From contig JBNRSN020000028.1 of NCBI GenBank assembly GCA_051313645.2, forward strand, positions 65,038,001-65,102,000: a stretch of DNA of 64,000 nt. The letters run 5' to 3'. Below the pieces are notes generated by a model. That model made no database searches, was not told where the DNA came from, and was given only the letters and a program-made list of their open reading frames with translations. A program made the position numbers and the translations under genes. The stretch comes from Centroscyllium fabricii. Lineage: Eukaryota. Position 1 is the first letter of the stretch; each line of letters opens with the position of its first letter. Positions 1-11,909 of the stretch are shown here, one piece after another.

Positions 1-367
1 GGTACAGTGCGGAGTTAGGAAAGAGACAGGGATGCATCTGTATGTGGTGAGAAATGGGGGAGCTCCACTACTGGGACTAGAGTGGATAAGAAAGATAAAA
101 ATCGGTTGGAGCGTAAAACGGGGCGTACAAGTCGACGGTGACCAAGTTGATGTACTCACTGCAGCCAAACTATAGAGGAATCAGAGGAATATTCTGTACC
201 TCGACAAAGACGTACAAGACATCAGAAAACAAATCAAAAAGGTGCAGGGCAGACAAACCATGCTAGATCAACAAAACATCGAAATGCATGAAAATACACG
301 CTCCGCATTTCAGGCTACAGAATGTCAACTGTGGCAGGAAAACGATTGCTAGAGGAGTGAGTTTGAG

Positions 368-764
368 ACATAGAGACATAGAAACTAGGAGCAGGAGTAG
401 GCCATTCGGCCCTTCGAGCCTGCTCCGCCATTCAATGAGATCATGGCTGATCATCCAAACCCAGTACCCCACCCCTGCCCTCTCCCCATATCCCTATCGA
501 GCCTCCATCAACACATATCCCACCCTATCCCCGTAACCCCACCTATTTAATCCCCCTAACACTAAGGGTCAATTTATCATGGCCAATCAACCTAACCCCG
601 CACATCTTTGGACTGTGGGAGGAAACCGGAGCACCCGGAGGAAACCCACGCAGACACGGGGAGAATGTGCAAACTCCACACAGATAGTACCCGAGGCTGG
701 ATTTGAACCCGGGTCTCCAGTGCTGTGAGACAACAGTGCTAACCACTATGCCACCGTGCTGCCC
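368..764 (-). mobile_element. tRNA-derived V-SINE (HE1-like) with CR1-derived 3' tail
   Basis: Minus strand has a tRNA-like head (gggcagcacggtggcatagtggttagcact...ggttcaaatcc) and a V-domain (gtttgcacattctccccgtgtctgcgtgggtttcctccgggtgctccggtttcctcccacagtccaaaga). Its tail matches the 3' UTR of the CR1 ending at 58993. TGAG TSD at 364-367 and 765-768. Confidence 0.9.
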
Positions 765-1020
765 TGAGGCAAAACTTCTGCAACACAAAGCATTCATCGA
801 ACAACAGATGCACAGGTTGCGCTTACAAGTTAACATCACGTTATGAGATGGGCGAGTTATAAAAGGAAACAACCAGTATGAATAAAGATCTGAAAAAGGA
901 AGTGGACAGAGTGGAGGCTCTGACAAAAGCACTGAGCCAAATGGACATAAATAAAAAGGCTACCACTCCATCAGAATTACAATGGCCAAGCGATGCTGGT
1001 CCTGAACCGCCTGTGAAACC

Positions 1021-1105
1021 AGCCAACCGTGAGTGTGAGCAAAAATCACGCCAACCGTGAGTGCGAGCAGAGATCACGCCAACCATGAGTGTGAGCAGAG
1101 ATCAC
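1021..1105 (+). repeat. Tandem repeat, about 28-bp unit x3 (gccaaccgtgagtgtgagcagagatcac)
   Basis: Three adjacent copies visible in the sequence. Confidence 0.9.
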
Positions 1106-1486
1106 CGGAAGAATAAAGAAGAGCCTTATGTTTGACTTGTCAAATTGTAGAAATTGTTAGAATAGATTAAAAAGATATAAAATGATGTAAACTGTATTAA
1201 GAAATTATGGTAGTAACACAAATGGTGAAAGACTGTGCCAGACAAATTACTGTGTTAACAAAGATAACAAGGAACCTAAATTACCAGAAGACTTCAAATG
1301 GACACTAACTATAATTGTCTTTAAGGTTACTCCCGTGGTAAGGGTAGATCAGATGAATCATATTGGAGCATTTGAAATTTGTTGTAGATACTAACTTGAA
1401 TCAAACCATGTATGTAACTATTGGTTAAATGTGGTAATACTTGGACATGCTGCTTATCGTACATGATAAAATTAAGAAGGGAGGAA

Positions 1487-2596
1487 TGTTATGTATGTGC
1501 CTATGGGGATTAATACACTGGGTACTACTTTGTATAGGGCAGTAATACTGTAATACCACCCCTGGCCACAGCTGTATAAAAGGCCAGGAGCGCACTGATT
1601 TCGCCAGTTCCACGTTCTGTAATAGATCAATAAACAAGTTGTTCATCAAGTCTGAACTCTTTCCATTATTTACTAGTTAAATAGTGCGGACATAATGGGC
1701 CCTGTTTTCCTATGACCCGATTGCTGCGGGTGCGCGCTCACGTGCACCCGCGGCGCACGCGCACGTCATTTTTTTTTTTTTCTGACGGCAATTTCCTGTG
1801 GAAAATGCCGGGTTTTTTTCCAGCGTAGGGGTCTGGTTTTTTTTGGTGCGTGGTGCAAGCCACGCCCACTGAGGTCGGCTTTCCCCCCGCACAAAGCACA
1901 GAATCGGCCTCAGGACAAAGAATATCGGGTAGGAAGCACCTTTTTTTTGGTTTTTTTAAGTTTCTAGGAAGCTGTTTTTTTTAAGTTTCTGCCTTTTCTG
2001 CTGTTAGGGTTTTTTTTTGCTGGAAGTGAAAAAAACACATTTAAAGGTAAGTTTTTTTTGATTCCTTTGCAGATATTTGTCTGTGGTCTTTCAGCTTGTA
2101 AATGGGTAGGGTTTTTTATTTTTTGGTGAAAGTGAAAAAAAAAAGGGGTTTTAACGCGAATTAAGCAGCCGTGGTGGCCATCAGAGCTGCTGACATCGCG
2201 TTCAAAACCCATTTTTTTTTCACTTTCACCAAAAAAAAAAACCCTACCATTCAAAAGCTGAAAGACCACAGACAAATATCTGCAAAGGAATCAAAAAAAA
2301 CCTTACCTTTAAATGTGTTTCTCCACTTCTCAAAGCTGCTGCAGCACCTCTAAGACTGCTTTTTAAATGTGCAGCTGAAGAGAGACTTGCCCACGTGATA
2401 CACACGCATTTTGAGCAGCTGCCTACAGGAAATCGGCAGCTCAAGTCTTCCTGGGTAGGAAGCTGAAGCCCCTTGCCCATCAGCACAGGAAATTCACGTT
2501 TCTGGTAATCACCCGAGCTGCACCCCCACGAGGCATTTCTGACCCCCCTTCATGGGCGTGCAGCTCTTCTGGAGCACAGGAAAACAGGGCCCAATA
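1487..2596 (+). repeat. 3' LTR of the Gypsy remnant, interrupted by a MITE near its end
   Basis: Termini TGTTATG...CATAAT[MITE]A (decayed CATAACA). TATAAAA at about 1576, AATAAA at about 1629. Confidence 0.7.
1697..2592. mobile_element. PIF/Harbinger-type non-autonomous DNA transposon (MITE)
   Basis: Perfect TIRs gggccctgttttcct / aggaaaacagggccc. 3-bp TSD AAT at 1694-1696 and 2593-2595. No coding capacity. Confidence 0.9.
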
Positions 2597-4733
2597 CCAT
2601 CGACGAGGTGAGGAGGAAGGTGGTACAGGAGCTACTTGCCCTGACCACAGTAATGGGGGTACGATCCTTCCTGGGACTCACAGGGTACTGCAGAGATTTC
2701 ATAGAGGACTATGCTGCTACGGCAGCTCCTCTACTCTGGCTCGTCCAGAAGGGAGTGGGCTGGGAGTGGGATGAGGACTGCATGGCAGCTTTTAGGCATC
2801 TGAAGAGAGATCTGCAGACCGCACTGGCTTTAGGAGTGATTGATGGAGGAAAGGAGTTCTTTTTGGAGGTAGCTGCCACAGGGGACAGTTTGAGTGCAGT
2901 GCTGCTCCAGGAGCGGCATGGCAAGCTGAGCCCTGTGGTATACTCATCAAGAATCCTCACAGACGTAGAGAGGGGGTACCCCAATTGTGAGAGGCACCTG
3001 CTTGCCACAATTTGGGCTGTGAGGAGATCACAAATCTTCATGGGGGCATCCCCGATAACTCTCTTAACCCATCACACACCCACTCAGATACTTCTGGATG
3101 GGAGGTTAAAGGATGGCATGGTGAGCAGTGCATGCATTGCTCGCTGGACTTCATTGCTGTCTCAGATGAATTTGAATGTGAAAGGCCTCTGTGAGCCCAA
3201 GCTCGCCGCAAATTTGATCTACCCAGGGGTGGCCCACAAATGTTCTGTTGAAGGGGTATGGGACGTAGACATAGGGTTTTGGGCTGGGATCCATCCCATG
3301 GGCTGTGAGATCTATGTAGACGGGTCCAGTACAGTAGTGGCCGGGGAACGACTCACTGGATGTGGGATGTTTGACCCAAAGGCAGGCATTGCCAAGGCCA
3401 TTAAACTCCCGAGCACCATGAGTGCCCAGCACGCTGAACTGTCGGCGGTGGTGTATGTGGTTACCCACCCCGAAGAGTTCCCTACACCCTACACGATTTG
3501 CTTGGACAGCATGTTCACTTGCAACTTGTGCACAGAATATTTAGCCATTTGGTCTCATGATGGGTTCAGATCTGCAGACGGGAAAGCCCTAGCAACCAAA
3601 TCATTGTTGCAGCAGACCATAACATCGATAGGAACCCAGTGGGATTTCTATATCCACAAGGTCAAAGCCCATTCTAAGACAAAACCCTGTGCAGAGGGCA
3701 ATCAGCAGGCCGATGTGCTGGCCAAAGAAGGTGCTCGAACGGGCACGTTTTGGGATCCAAATGGGTTGAGTCTGGTAGCAGTGATCAGAGACAGAGGTGG
3801 GACCCAAGGGAGTGCAGGGGTAGCATTGGCCCCGGACCTAAAGATGGACCAGGCACGGGATCTCGCCCTAAAGACTATTCTGGAGACGCTGGCTAAGGGA
3901 GATAAGGTCCATACGGAGTGGCAGGTATTATGGTAAAGGAAGAAGCCTTCCCATGCTGAATAGGGATGAATAAGGATTCTAGTGAGGGAAGTGTTCTCTA
4001 GGTGGGGGCGACCACAGTATGTGGAGTCCGATCAGGGGAGTCACTTCACAGGGGCAATTATGCAGGCAACTCTGAAGATGCTGGGTGTAGAGGGTAAATG
4101 GCACATTGCACACAACCCACAGTCATCGGGGATTGTGGAGCGGATGAATAGGACCATCAATGAAAGGAGATGGGAGACTTGCCTAGAAAATAGGCGGAGG
4201 TCTTGCCGTTAGTTCTGATGGGGGTCTGAGCCAGCCCATCTAGAAGCACAGGGTATTCCCCGCATGAGCTCGTGATTGGCAGGGTCATGAGAATGCCCAG
4301 CCACGTACTGGCCCTGGTTCTCACAGAAGGTCATTTGAGAGAGGTGAACCAGGACAGGTTTGTTAAGAATTTGCTTGAGCCTCTCAGACAGATCCATTGG
4401 CAGGCTGCCAGTAACATGGGGAAGCAACATCGTAGAAATCGTTTATTGCTTGAGTCTCAGAGGCACCACGAGTGGAAGGTCGGAGATCAAGTAATGGTTA
4501 TAAACTTCGCGAGGGTAGGGACTTTTGAACTGCTATACATGGGACCGTACAGTATCGTGGATAGGGCGAGTCCAATGGTATATGCGGTCAAAATGCCCCG
4601 ACGCACTAAGTGGTTCCATATCAATCAGTGCAAGCTTTTTAACCCTGGGGAAAGAGCTGATAAGAGGAGAAAACAGCAGGGAGTGGTGAGCTGCGCTACA
4701 GGTGTGGGTCTCCAGCCCATAATCTGGGACTGA
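2597..4733 (+). pseudogene. pol: ERV-A pol: RT thumb/connection, tether (degenerate RNase H), RNase H, partially deleted integrase
   Basis: Motifs VRSFLGLTGYCRDFI, YSSRIL...ERHLLA, IYVDGSS, SAQHAEL, KVKAH...GNQQAD, ESDQGSHF, NPQSSGIVER and GPY. The HHCC zinc finger of IN is missing relative to ERV-B. Frameshifts present. Confidence 0.9.
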
Positions 4734-5080
4734 GAGGAGCCCACAGAGGGACCAGTCGTTCCACCTGTGGGGGCAGGAGTGAGAAATAATGCCAGCCGAG
4801 GGTGCCGTGGACGCCTCCTTACACACTGGTGAACGAAGGAGACCGGAGTCGTAAGAGGCCCAGGGTCAAGGAGACCTAGTGTGGTCACCCGGAGACGGGT
4901 GGAGCTGTACATAACTTATTTTTCTCCTGTCTGTTGCCTTAGCTTGTCTGTATAGTTTGGATTTACATGTATGCTGCAGATGCCAAATGTAATCGTGTGT
5001 AGCTGCGTCTGGAAAGGTGAGGCATCACCCAAGGACAACGTTGCATTCTGTGTGTTTTTCAGGGAACGCCTAAGAACAAG

Positions 5081-5837
5081 ATGAAGTCAGCCATGGTAGT
5101 CCTGATCGTCATGATTGAAGCCAGTATGAGTCACAGGGATGACACCGAGGAATCGGTTGTCTTCGGCTGCACTGGCGGAGATGGACCGACCGTGACCACT
5201 GGAGGTGGCATGAAGGATGGAGCGAGCATCTTTCTCCATGAGGGAAGATGGCCTGGATGGCTGGGGTTGAATTCCACCCGTTATTCCAGCCATGACAAGT
5301 TCACCTATGGTGAAGTGTCCATCTCATGCCCGAGAATAGGGGTTACCACCTCCAGGGTGAGGGTAACAGAGGGTAAATGGGTGTGTCTTAGCTGTGGGGG
5401 ACACATTCCACTGGAAAGGTGGTGGTGGCTCAGGAAACTGAGCATGGAAACAAGGGACCAGACAGCTGACTGGGAAAGACTATGTAATGACATGTACCGG
5501 ATGATCACGGGTTCTCAGGGAGGAATGAATGTGTGTTGGGATAAGTGTTGGGAATCCGAGGAAGGGATTTATGTGTGTATGTGAGGGTCGGAAAAGATCT
5601 GCCCAGCGGGTGTGTCGATCGCGTTTAACAGGCGATGGCAGGACGCCGGGGGTGGGATCGGTTGGGATTGGATTGTGGACTCCTGTGTGATCCCAACACC
5701 CCTGAACATCATCAACGCCACAGAGCTCATCTCATACACCAGGAAGCCCCAGCCAGAGCCCCGACGGTACAGACGACTATAGATGGGTGTCCCACCACCA
5801 CCAGTGGTCCAGGGAATTGGTTGGTGTTAATCCCTAC
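5081..5837 (+). pseudogene. env: ERV-A env segment 1: signal peptide, N-terminal region, putative Ig-like domain
   Basis: Starts MKSAMVVLIVMI, preceded by splice acceptor ttttcag at about 5063. Contains VRVTEGKWVCLSC...WWW...EEGIYVC. Ends LVLIP and continues as TDKVLF after the Gypsy insertion. Confidence 0.8.
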
Positions 5838-6409
5838 TGTAAGGGTTCGGTTTTGAACCCAATTGCAGAACACCGGAGACAGTCTATAGTAAATAGGTGC
5901 TTTATTCCTAATTATCACAACAGTGGATATAGATATCAAAACACATAGAGCATAATACACATAGCACAACAAAGAAAACAATAGTCCAATATACCGAGAG
6001 CCGGTAAGCCAGAGTTCAAATATCCAAACCCGAATTCTTGGTGGTTGAAAAAGCAAGGCCCAAAAGTCTGGTGCAGCAGTACTCCCAATAATCCACAGTC
6101 CAGGAAAGGACACTCCTTGTTCAGTGTAACAGGTAATCCAACACGACAGGAACCAGGAATCCAAAACGATTGGAATCGAATACAAATATATAATACCAGA
6201 AATAACAGGATACAGGAAATACAGAACTCTTCAATAAGCGACATAGAAATAACACTCCGACAAAGTCATAGGGCTAACAGGTGGTTTATATTTAGCTCCA
6301 GTAACCAGTATGCTAGAATTAGACCAATCAGATGTGACACATGACAATAGGTAATAATCCAATAATGAACTGCAGCCTAGAGGTTTAAAGTGACAGTCCA
6401 CCCATGACA
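5838..6409 (-). repeat. 3' LTR of sushi-like Gypsy
   Basis: TG...CA termini. Direct repeat of 10935-11506. Purine tract (minus-strand aagggggggg) adjacent at about 6413-6422. Confidence 0.95.
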
Positions 6410-6487
6410 GAACCCCCCCCTTAAGGGACGCCACCTGACGTCCCCAAAACCCAAACCGCCGAAAACCGGGTTGGCGGGGAGGAGGAA

Positions 6488-9400
6488 CTAACAATTCTCG
6501 GGTCTCTCGTCAATGTCCATCTCCTCATCTGATTGAACAGAATCCTCCTGCACCATCATTTCAGGGCCCTCGTCATCCGATGCCACCCTATCGTCCAGGT
6601 CCTCCTGACTCAAAATGGGGTCGAAAACCTGTCCAGATCTCCTAGGAATCGCCTTCCCCTTTCTCGGTTGACCAGGGTGTTGTTTGCGAAAGTCGGAAAT
6701 GAGCTTGGGATCCATGATATTCCGAGCAGGGACCCAGGACCTCTCCTCAGGACCATACCCCTCCCAGTCCACTAGGTACTGAAGTCCCTTCCCTCGGCGA
6801 CGGGAGTCAAGCAAACGACGGACCGTGTACACTAATCCACCGTCGAGCATACGAGGAGGTGGAGGGGGTGCGGAAACGGGTACTAAGGCACTCTCCTGAG
6901 CAGGCTTGATGCGCGACACGTGAAAAGTCGGGTGGACCCGCATGGAACTGGGGAGCTTGAGTCGTACCGCAGCAGGGTTAATGATCCTTTCTACCACGAA
7001 CGGTCCGATAAACCTTGGAGCAAGTTTCTTGGACTCCACTTGTAGAGGCAGATCCTTTGTGGAGAGCCAAACCTTCTGCCCGACCCGATACTCCGGAGCA
7101 GTAGAACGACGACGGTTGGCCGAAGCCGAGTATCGATCCGCCGAGCGAAGCAGCGACATCCGCGCCTGATCCCATGTCCTGTGGCATCGTTGGATGAAGT
7201 CTTGGACGGACGGACAAGATACCTCCTTCTCCAGATCCGGAAACAATGGAGGCTGGAACCCATAAGCGCACTGAAAGGGCGAAAGTCCTGTAGCGGAACT
7301 GGTCAGCGTGTTGTGCGCATACTCCACCCATAATAGTAATGTGGACCAGGAAGAGGGATTTTTGGAGACCATGCACCGAAGTGCCTTCTCCATCTCCTGA
7401 TTCATCCTCTCCGATTGTCCATTGGACTGAGGATGGAATCCCGACGACAGACTGACCTTGGCCCCGATGAGACTGCAGAATTCTCTCCAAAATATAGAAG
7501 TAAATTGGGGACCTCGATCAGAAACCACATCCACCGGAAGCCCATGAAGCCGAAACACGTGCTGCAACATGAGCTCTGCAGTTTCTTTAGCAGAGGGCAG
7601 CTTAGTTAAGGGTATAAAATGTGCCATCTTGCTAAACCTGTCAACCATCGTTAGCACCGTGGTCAGTCCCTTGGATGAGGGTAGTCCTGTGACAAAGTCC
7701 AGGGCTATGTGAGACCAAGGCCGATGGGGTATAGGTAATGGTTGTAGCAGGCCAGCAGGTGCCCGACGAGAAGACTTGTGCTGGTTACAAATCGGACAGG
7801 CATTGACGAACCTCCGAGTATCCTCCTCTAGCGTGTCCCACCAGAACCTCCGCAAAATCACCTCCTTGGTCCTGAGTGCCCCAGGATGGCAGGACAGCTT
7901 GGACGCATGAGCCCACTGAAGGACATCCGATCGAATGTTCTTCGGCACAAACAAACGGTCGGGAGGACAACCGCTGGGCCCGCCCTGCTCCCCCGCAGCT
8001 GCTCTTACCCTCTCTTCGATCTCCCATGTGACCGCAGCAATACGGCAGGAGGCTGGCAAAATGAGGTCTGGTCCTGGAGCGGAACCCTCCTCCCTCAGAA
8101 ATAGGCGTGATAGAGCATCGGGCTTGACGTTGCGGGAGCCAGGCCTGTAGGAGAGAGTGAAGTGGAATCGCGTAAAAAAAAGAGACCACCTAGCCTGACG
8201 TGAATTTAGTCTTTTGGCCGTACGTATATACTCCAAATTCTTTTGATCCGTCCAAACAAGAAATGGCAGCTTGGTCCCCTCCAGCCAGTGGCGCCACTCC
8301 TCTAAGGCCATCTTGACCGCCAGCAATTCTCTGTCTCCGATATCGTAATTCATCTCTGCCGGTGAAAGACGCTTGGAGAAGAAGGCACATGGATGGATCT
8401 TCTGGTCTGAAGCTGACCTTTGCGACAAGATGGCTCCAACTCCCACATCCGATGCATCCACCTCTACGACAAACTGCTGATCCGGATCAGGCACCTGCAG
8501 AATGGGAGCCGAAGTAAAACGGGACCTCAGTTCCTTAAACGCCTCTTCAGCAGCGATAGACCATCTGAATGGCACCTTAGATGATGTAAGCGCCGATAAT
8601 GGTGCCGCTACCGTGCTATAGCCCCGAATAAATCTCCGGTAAAAGTTAGCGAAACCCAAGAACCGTTGTAATTGCTTGCGATTCTCCGGACTAGGCCAAG
8701 ACGTAACGGCTGTCACTTTCTCCGGGTCCATTCGCACGCTCCCCTGCGCAATGATATAACCCAGGAATGAAACGGTGGTTACATGAAATTCACATTTCTC
8801 GGCTTTCACAAATAAGGAGTTTTCTAGGAGCCTTTGTAAAACCGTCTGTACGTGATGGACATGCTCCTCCTGAGTCTTGGAAAATATTAGAATATCGTCC
8901 ATGTACACAAATACAAAAATATTCAGCATGTCCCGAAGAACGTCGTTGACCAGGGCTTGAAATACCGCCGGGGCGTTGGTTAACCCGAACGGCATAACGA
9001 GATATTCGTAATGGCCAGACGGAGTGTTGAAAGCGGTCTTCCACTCATCGCCCTCCCTTATCCGGACCAGATGGTACGCGTTGCGCAGATCCAACTTAGA
9101 AAAGATGGTAGCTCCCTGAATTAACTCAAATGCTGATGAGATAAGAGGCAGAGGATACCGATTCTTGATAGTGATTTCATTAAGTCCTCTATAATCGATA
9201 CAAGGCCGGAGCGAACCATCCTTCTTACCTACGAAGAAGAATCCTGCCCCTGCTGGTGAAGAGGAAGAACGGATGATCCCAGCAGATATTGAGTCCTCGA
9301 TATAGGCCTCCATGGCCTTCCTCTCAGGTGCCGATAGTGAATACAGGCGCCCCCTAGGTGGAGAGGAGCCTGGTAACAACTCAATAGCACAATCGTATGG

Positions 9401-10030
9401 GCGATGTGGAGGTAGCGAAGTGGCTCTAACCTTACTAAATACCTCCCTGAAATCATGATACTCGGTGGGAACCGCAGAGAGATCAGAACTGGGAAGAGGT
9501 GTGACCGACTGACGGCCTCCAGTGGCTTGTTTTAAACAGACTTGGTGACAGGAGTGACTCCAACCCAAAATGGCTCCCGTGTTCCAGTCAATGTGGGGAT
9601 TGTGACGACGAAGCCACGCGTGTCCCAAAATAAGAGGAAGCTGGGGCGAATCCAGGATATGGAACCGAATGCTTTCGTGATGATTCCCTGAAAATAATAA
9701 GTGAATGGGCGACGTCTGATGAGTCACCGTTCCCAGAAGGTGGCCATCAAGAGCGTTGGCAGCAACCGGTTGCGGCAGTGGACACCGGTCGATCCCCAAC
9801 TGTGTAACCAGCTCCTTATCAATAATATTAACATCCGCCCCAGAGTCGATGAATATGGCAAACGTCCGAGATCCTGACGGCAGAAGAAGTCGGGCCTGGC
9901 ACAAAGGCCGTGAATTTGAAGAGAGTCTAATCGGAGTTCGGCTCACCAGTACGACTCCCTCTACTGGTGAGTCTGGTCTTTTACCGGACACCTTACGACA
10001 AAATGGCCGGCCTGACCACAGTATAGGCAT
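6488..10030 (-). CDS. pol: Pol polyprotein PR-RT-RH-IN-chromodomain, probably expressed by frameshift from gag
   Basis: Motifs [32 protein letters not shown] core, GPF, and chromodomain [15 protein letters not shown]. Uninterrupted 1180-aa ORF. Confidence 0.95.
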   Translation of the reverse strand: MPILWSGRPFCRKVSGKRPDSPVEGVVLVSRTPIRLSSNSRPLCQARLLLPSGSRTFAIFIDSGADVNIIDKELVTQLGIDRCPLPQPVAANALDGHLLGTVTHQTSPIHLLFSGNHHESIRFHILDSPQLPLILGHAWLRRHNPHIDWNTGAILGWSHSCHQVCLKQATGGRQSVTPLPSSDLSAVPTEYHDFREVFSKVRATSLPPHRPYDCAIELLPGSSPPRGRLYSLSAPERKAMEAYIEDSISAGIIRSSSSPAGAGFFFVGKKDGSLRPCIDYRGLNEITIKNRYPLPLISSAFELIQGATIFSKLDLRNAYHLVRIREGDEWKTAFNTPSGHYEYLVMPFGLTNAPAVFQALVNDVLRDMLNIFVFVYMDDILIFSKTQEEHVHHVQTVLQRLLENSLFVKAEKCEFHVTTVSFLGYIIAQGSVRMDPEKVTAVTSWPSPENRKQLQRFLGFANFYRRFIRGYSTVAAPLSALTSSKVPFRWSIAAEEAFKELRSRFTSAPILQVPDPDQQFVVEVDASDVGVGAILSQRSASDQKIHPCAFFSKRLSPAEMNYDIGDRELLAVKMALEEWRHWLEGTKLPFLVWTDQKNLEYIRTAKRLNSRQARWSLFFTRFHFTLSYRPGSRNVKPDALSRLFLREEGSAPGPDLILPASCRIAAVTWEIEERVRAAAGEQGGPSGCPPDRLFVPKNIRSDVLQWAHASKLSCHPGALRTKEVILRRFWWDTLEEDTRRFVNACPICNQHKSSRRAPAGLLQPLPIPHRPWSHIALDFVTGLPSSKGLTTVLTMVDRFSKMAHFIPLTKLPSAKETAELMLQHVFRLHGLPVDVVSDRGPQFTSIFWREFCSLIGAKVSLSSGFHPQSNGQSERMNQEMEKALRCMVSKNPSSWSTLLLWVEYAHNTLTSSATGLSPFQCAYGFQPPLFPDLEKEVSCPSVQDFIQRCHRTWDQARMSLLRSADRYSASANRRRSTAPEYRVGQKVWLSTKDLPLQVESKKLAPRFIGPFVVERIINPAAVRLKLPSSMRVHPTFHVSRIKPAQESALVPVSAPPPPPRMLDGGLVYTVRRLLDSRRRGKGLQYLVDWEGYGPEERSWVPARNIMDPKLISDFRKQHPGQPRKGKAIPRRSGQVFDPILSQEDLDDRVASDDEGPEMMVQEDSVQSDEEMDIDERPENC

Positions 10031-10917
10031 AAACCCTTCCTGCGGCGCCGACTCCGCTCTAATGGCGAGATGCCTGTGCGGCCCAACTGCATGGGTTCGG
10101 GAACCCCTGACGTGGCCGAATCTCTGGGCGCCACGAATCTCTCCTGAACCCGTTTACCAGGATGATGACCCGTTTCTCCCAGTCCTCTCTCACGCTGCCG
10201 TGCTTGGATCCTTAGATCGATCCTCGTAACCAGGCTGATGATCTCATCCAAGGTGGAAGGGAGATTATGTGATACCAACTCATCCTTGATGTACCCAGCC
10301 AATCCATGAAGGAAAACCTCACATTGGGCAGCCATGTTCCAATTGCTCCGACGAGCCTTAATCCGAAAGTCAATGGCATAATCTACCACAGTCTGATTTC
10401 CCTGGTTCATACTCATGAGGCCCTCAGCCGTTTCCACCTCAAAGGCTACCCTGCCAAAAACCCTTCTTAACTCCTCAGAAAATGCTCTGAATGAACTGCA
10501 TGCCGGAGTATCTCTCTCCCACTCGGCAGTACCCCAGAGTCTAGCTCTCCCCGAGAGATGGTTGATCGCAAACGCTACTCTTGCCCTCTCGCTGGCAAAG
10601 GTGCGTGGTTGTAAGGAAAACAAAATAGAGCAGTTCGTAATGAATGGGTCGCACTGTTCTGGTTCACCAGCATAACGCTCTGGTACCCCAACTCGGGGCT
10701 CGGGTGTGAAGCTCAGTAGTAGAGGCATGGAAACTGATTCGGCTGTTGAATCTGGTTCCGGTGTGGAAGAAGTCCCTGCTGGGTTCGATACTGCGAACGC
10801 CCTCATGTCGGAGGTTAGCCGTTCTACTTTAGAGAACATATCCCCAAAGGCCCGACCCTGATGCGTTAGGACCTCCTCCATGCGTGCCAGACGTCCCGGT
10901 GTGTCCGCTGGGTTCAT
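9961..10917 (-). CDS. gag: Gag (PEG10/sushi-like capsid with CCHC zinc knuckle)
   Basis: Likely start MNPAD. Motifs [27 protein letters not shown] and [14 protein letters not shown]. Confidence 0.9.
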   Translation of the reverse strand: MNPADTPGRLARMEEVLTHQGRAFGDMFSKVERLTSDMRAFAVSNPAGTSSTPEPDSTAESVSMPLLLSFTPEPRVGVPERYAGEPEQCDPFITNCSILFSLQPRTFASERARVAFAINHLSGRARLWGTAEWERDTPACSSFRAFSEELRRVFGRVAFEVETAEGLMSMNQGNQTVVDYAIDFRIKARRSNWNMAAQCEVFLHGLAGYIKDELVSHNLPSTLDEIISLVTRIDLRIQARQRERGLGETGHHPGKRVQERFVAPRDSATSGVPEPMQLGRTGISPLERSRRRRKGLCLYCGQAGHFVVRCPVKDQTHQ

Positions 10918-10934
10918 GATAGGTCGGAGTGTTC

Positions 10935-11506
10935 TGTAAGGGTTCGGTTTTGAACCCAATTGCAGAACACCGGAGACAGTCTATAGTAAATAGGTGCTTT
11001 ATTCCTAATTATCACAACAGTGGATATAGATATCAAAACACATAGAGCATAATACACATAGCACAACAAAGAAAACAATAGTCCAATATACCGAGAGCCG
11101 GTAAGCCAGAGTTCAAATATCCAAACCCGAATTCTTGGTGGTTGAAAAAGCAAGGCCCAAAAGTCTGGTGCAGCAGTACTCCCAATAATCCACAGTCCAG
11201 GAAAGGAAACTCCTTGTTCAGTGTAACAGGTAATCCAACACGACAGGAACCAGGAATCCAAAACGATTGGAATCGAATACAAATATATAATACCAGAAAT
11301 AACAGGATACAGGAAATACAGAACTCTTCAATAAGCGACATAGAAATAACACTCCGACAAAGTCATAGGGCTAACAGGTGGTTTATATTTAGCTCCAGTA
11401 ACCAGTATGCTAGAATTAGACCAATCAGATGTGACACATGACAATAGGTAATAATCCAATAATGAACTGCAGCCTAGAGGTTTAAAGTGACAGTCCACCC
11501 ATGACA
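10935..11506 (-). repeat. 5' LTR of sushi-like Gypsy
   Basis: Direct repeat of 5838-6409. Minus-strand TATAAA at about 11385. Confidence 0.95.
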
Positions 11507-11512
11507 CCCTAC

Positions 11513-11909
11513 TGACAAAGTGTTGTTTCAGAACGTGGACTATGCCGTGGCATCCGTGATCCTGAACCTGACTGAAGTCCATCTGCCTGTGTGGTATCCA
11601 AGGAAGATGGAGAAGCTTTATGAAACTCTGTTAAAAGTGATGTTTCAGGAATTTTATGAACTGGACTATGGAAATGTAGAGAAAGGACAGCTTTATAATC
11701 TTAATGTTGGGGTAGTGTGGGGTCCGGGAGGCAGAGAAGAGAGACCTGGAATGATGTAGCCACAGCGTTTAGTACAGGAACGGGTATTGTTAATAGTATG
11801 GATGATGCACAACTCCAGATGCAGATCACTGGGTTAAAGAACCAACTGCATATGATTCTAGGGGAAGAGAATACAATGGTGGGTTCAGAGTTTCATGAGG
11901 ACCAGCAAT
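11513..11909 (+). pseudogene. env: ERV-A env segment 2: F2-like region, furin site RQRR, fusion peptide/heptad repeat
   Basis: DKVLFQNVDYAVASVILNLTEVHLP...RQRRETWNDVATAFSTGTGIVNSMDDAQLQMQITGLKNQL, homologous to ERV-B env. Confidence 0.8.

Larger units (their letters stand above)
1..2596 (+). mobile_element. 3' part of a degenerate Gypsy-type LTR element (protease C-terminus, coiled-coil region, PPT, 3' LTR), inserted in ERV-A pol
   Basis: Frame from nt 2 reads VQCGVRKETGMHLYVVRNGGAPLLGLEWIRKIKIGW, resembling the end of a Gypsy aspartic protease. PPT aagaagggaggaa lies just before TGTTATG at 1487. Confidence 0.65.
5838..11506 (-). mobile_element. Full-length chromodomain-containing Gypsy retrotransposon (chromovirus, sushi-like), apparently intact and young
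   Basis: 572-bp LTRs at 5838-6409 and 10935-11506 with one visible substitution. CCCTAC duplicated on both flanks. Open gag and pol. Confidence 0.95.

Noticed and set aside
543-932. 129-aa minus-strand ORF and tRNA-like sequence
   Set aside because: Read-through of a SINE. The tRNA-like head is a SINE promoter region, not a tRNA gene.
1021-1105. Regular repeats as a possible CRISPR-like array (also 17625-17990 and 39350-39430)
   Set aside because: Head-to-tail repeats without unique spacers, in a eukaryotic TE context.
5727-6344. Hydrophobic ORFs repeated at 10914-11441
   Set aside because: Incidental translations of the Gypsy LTR.
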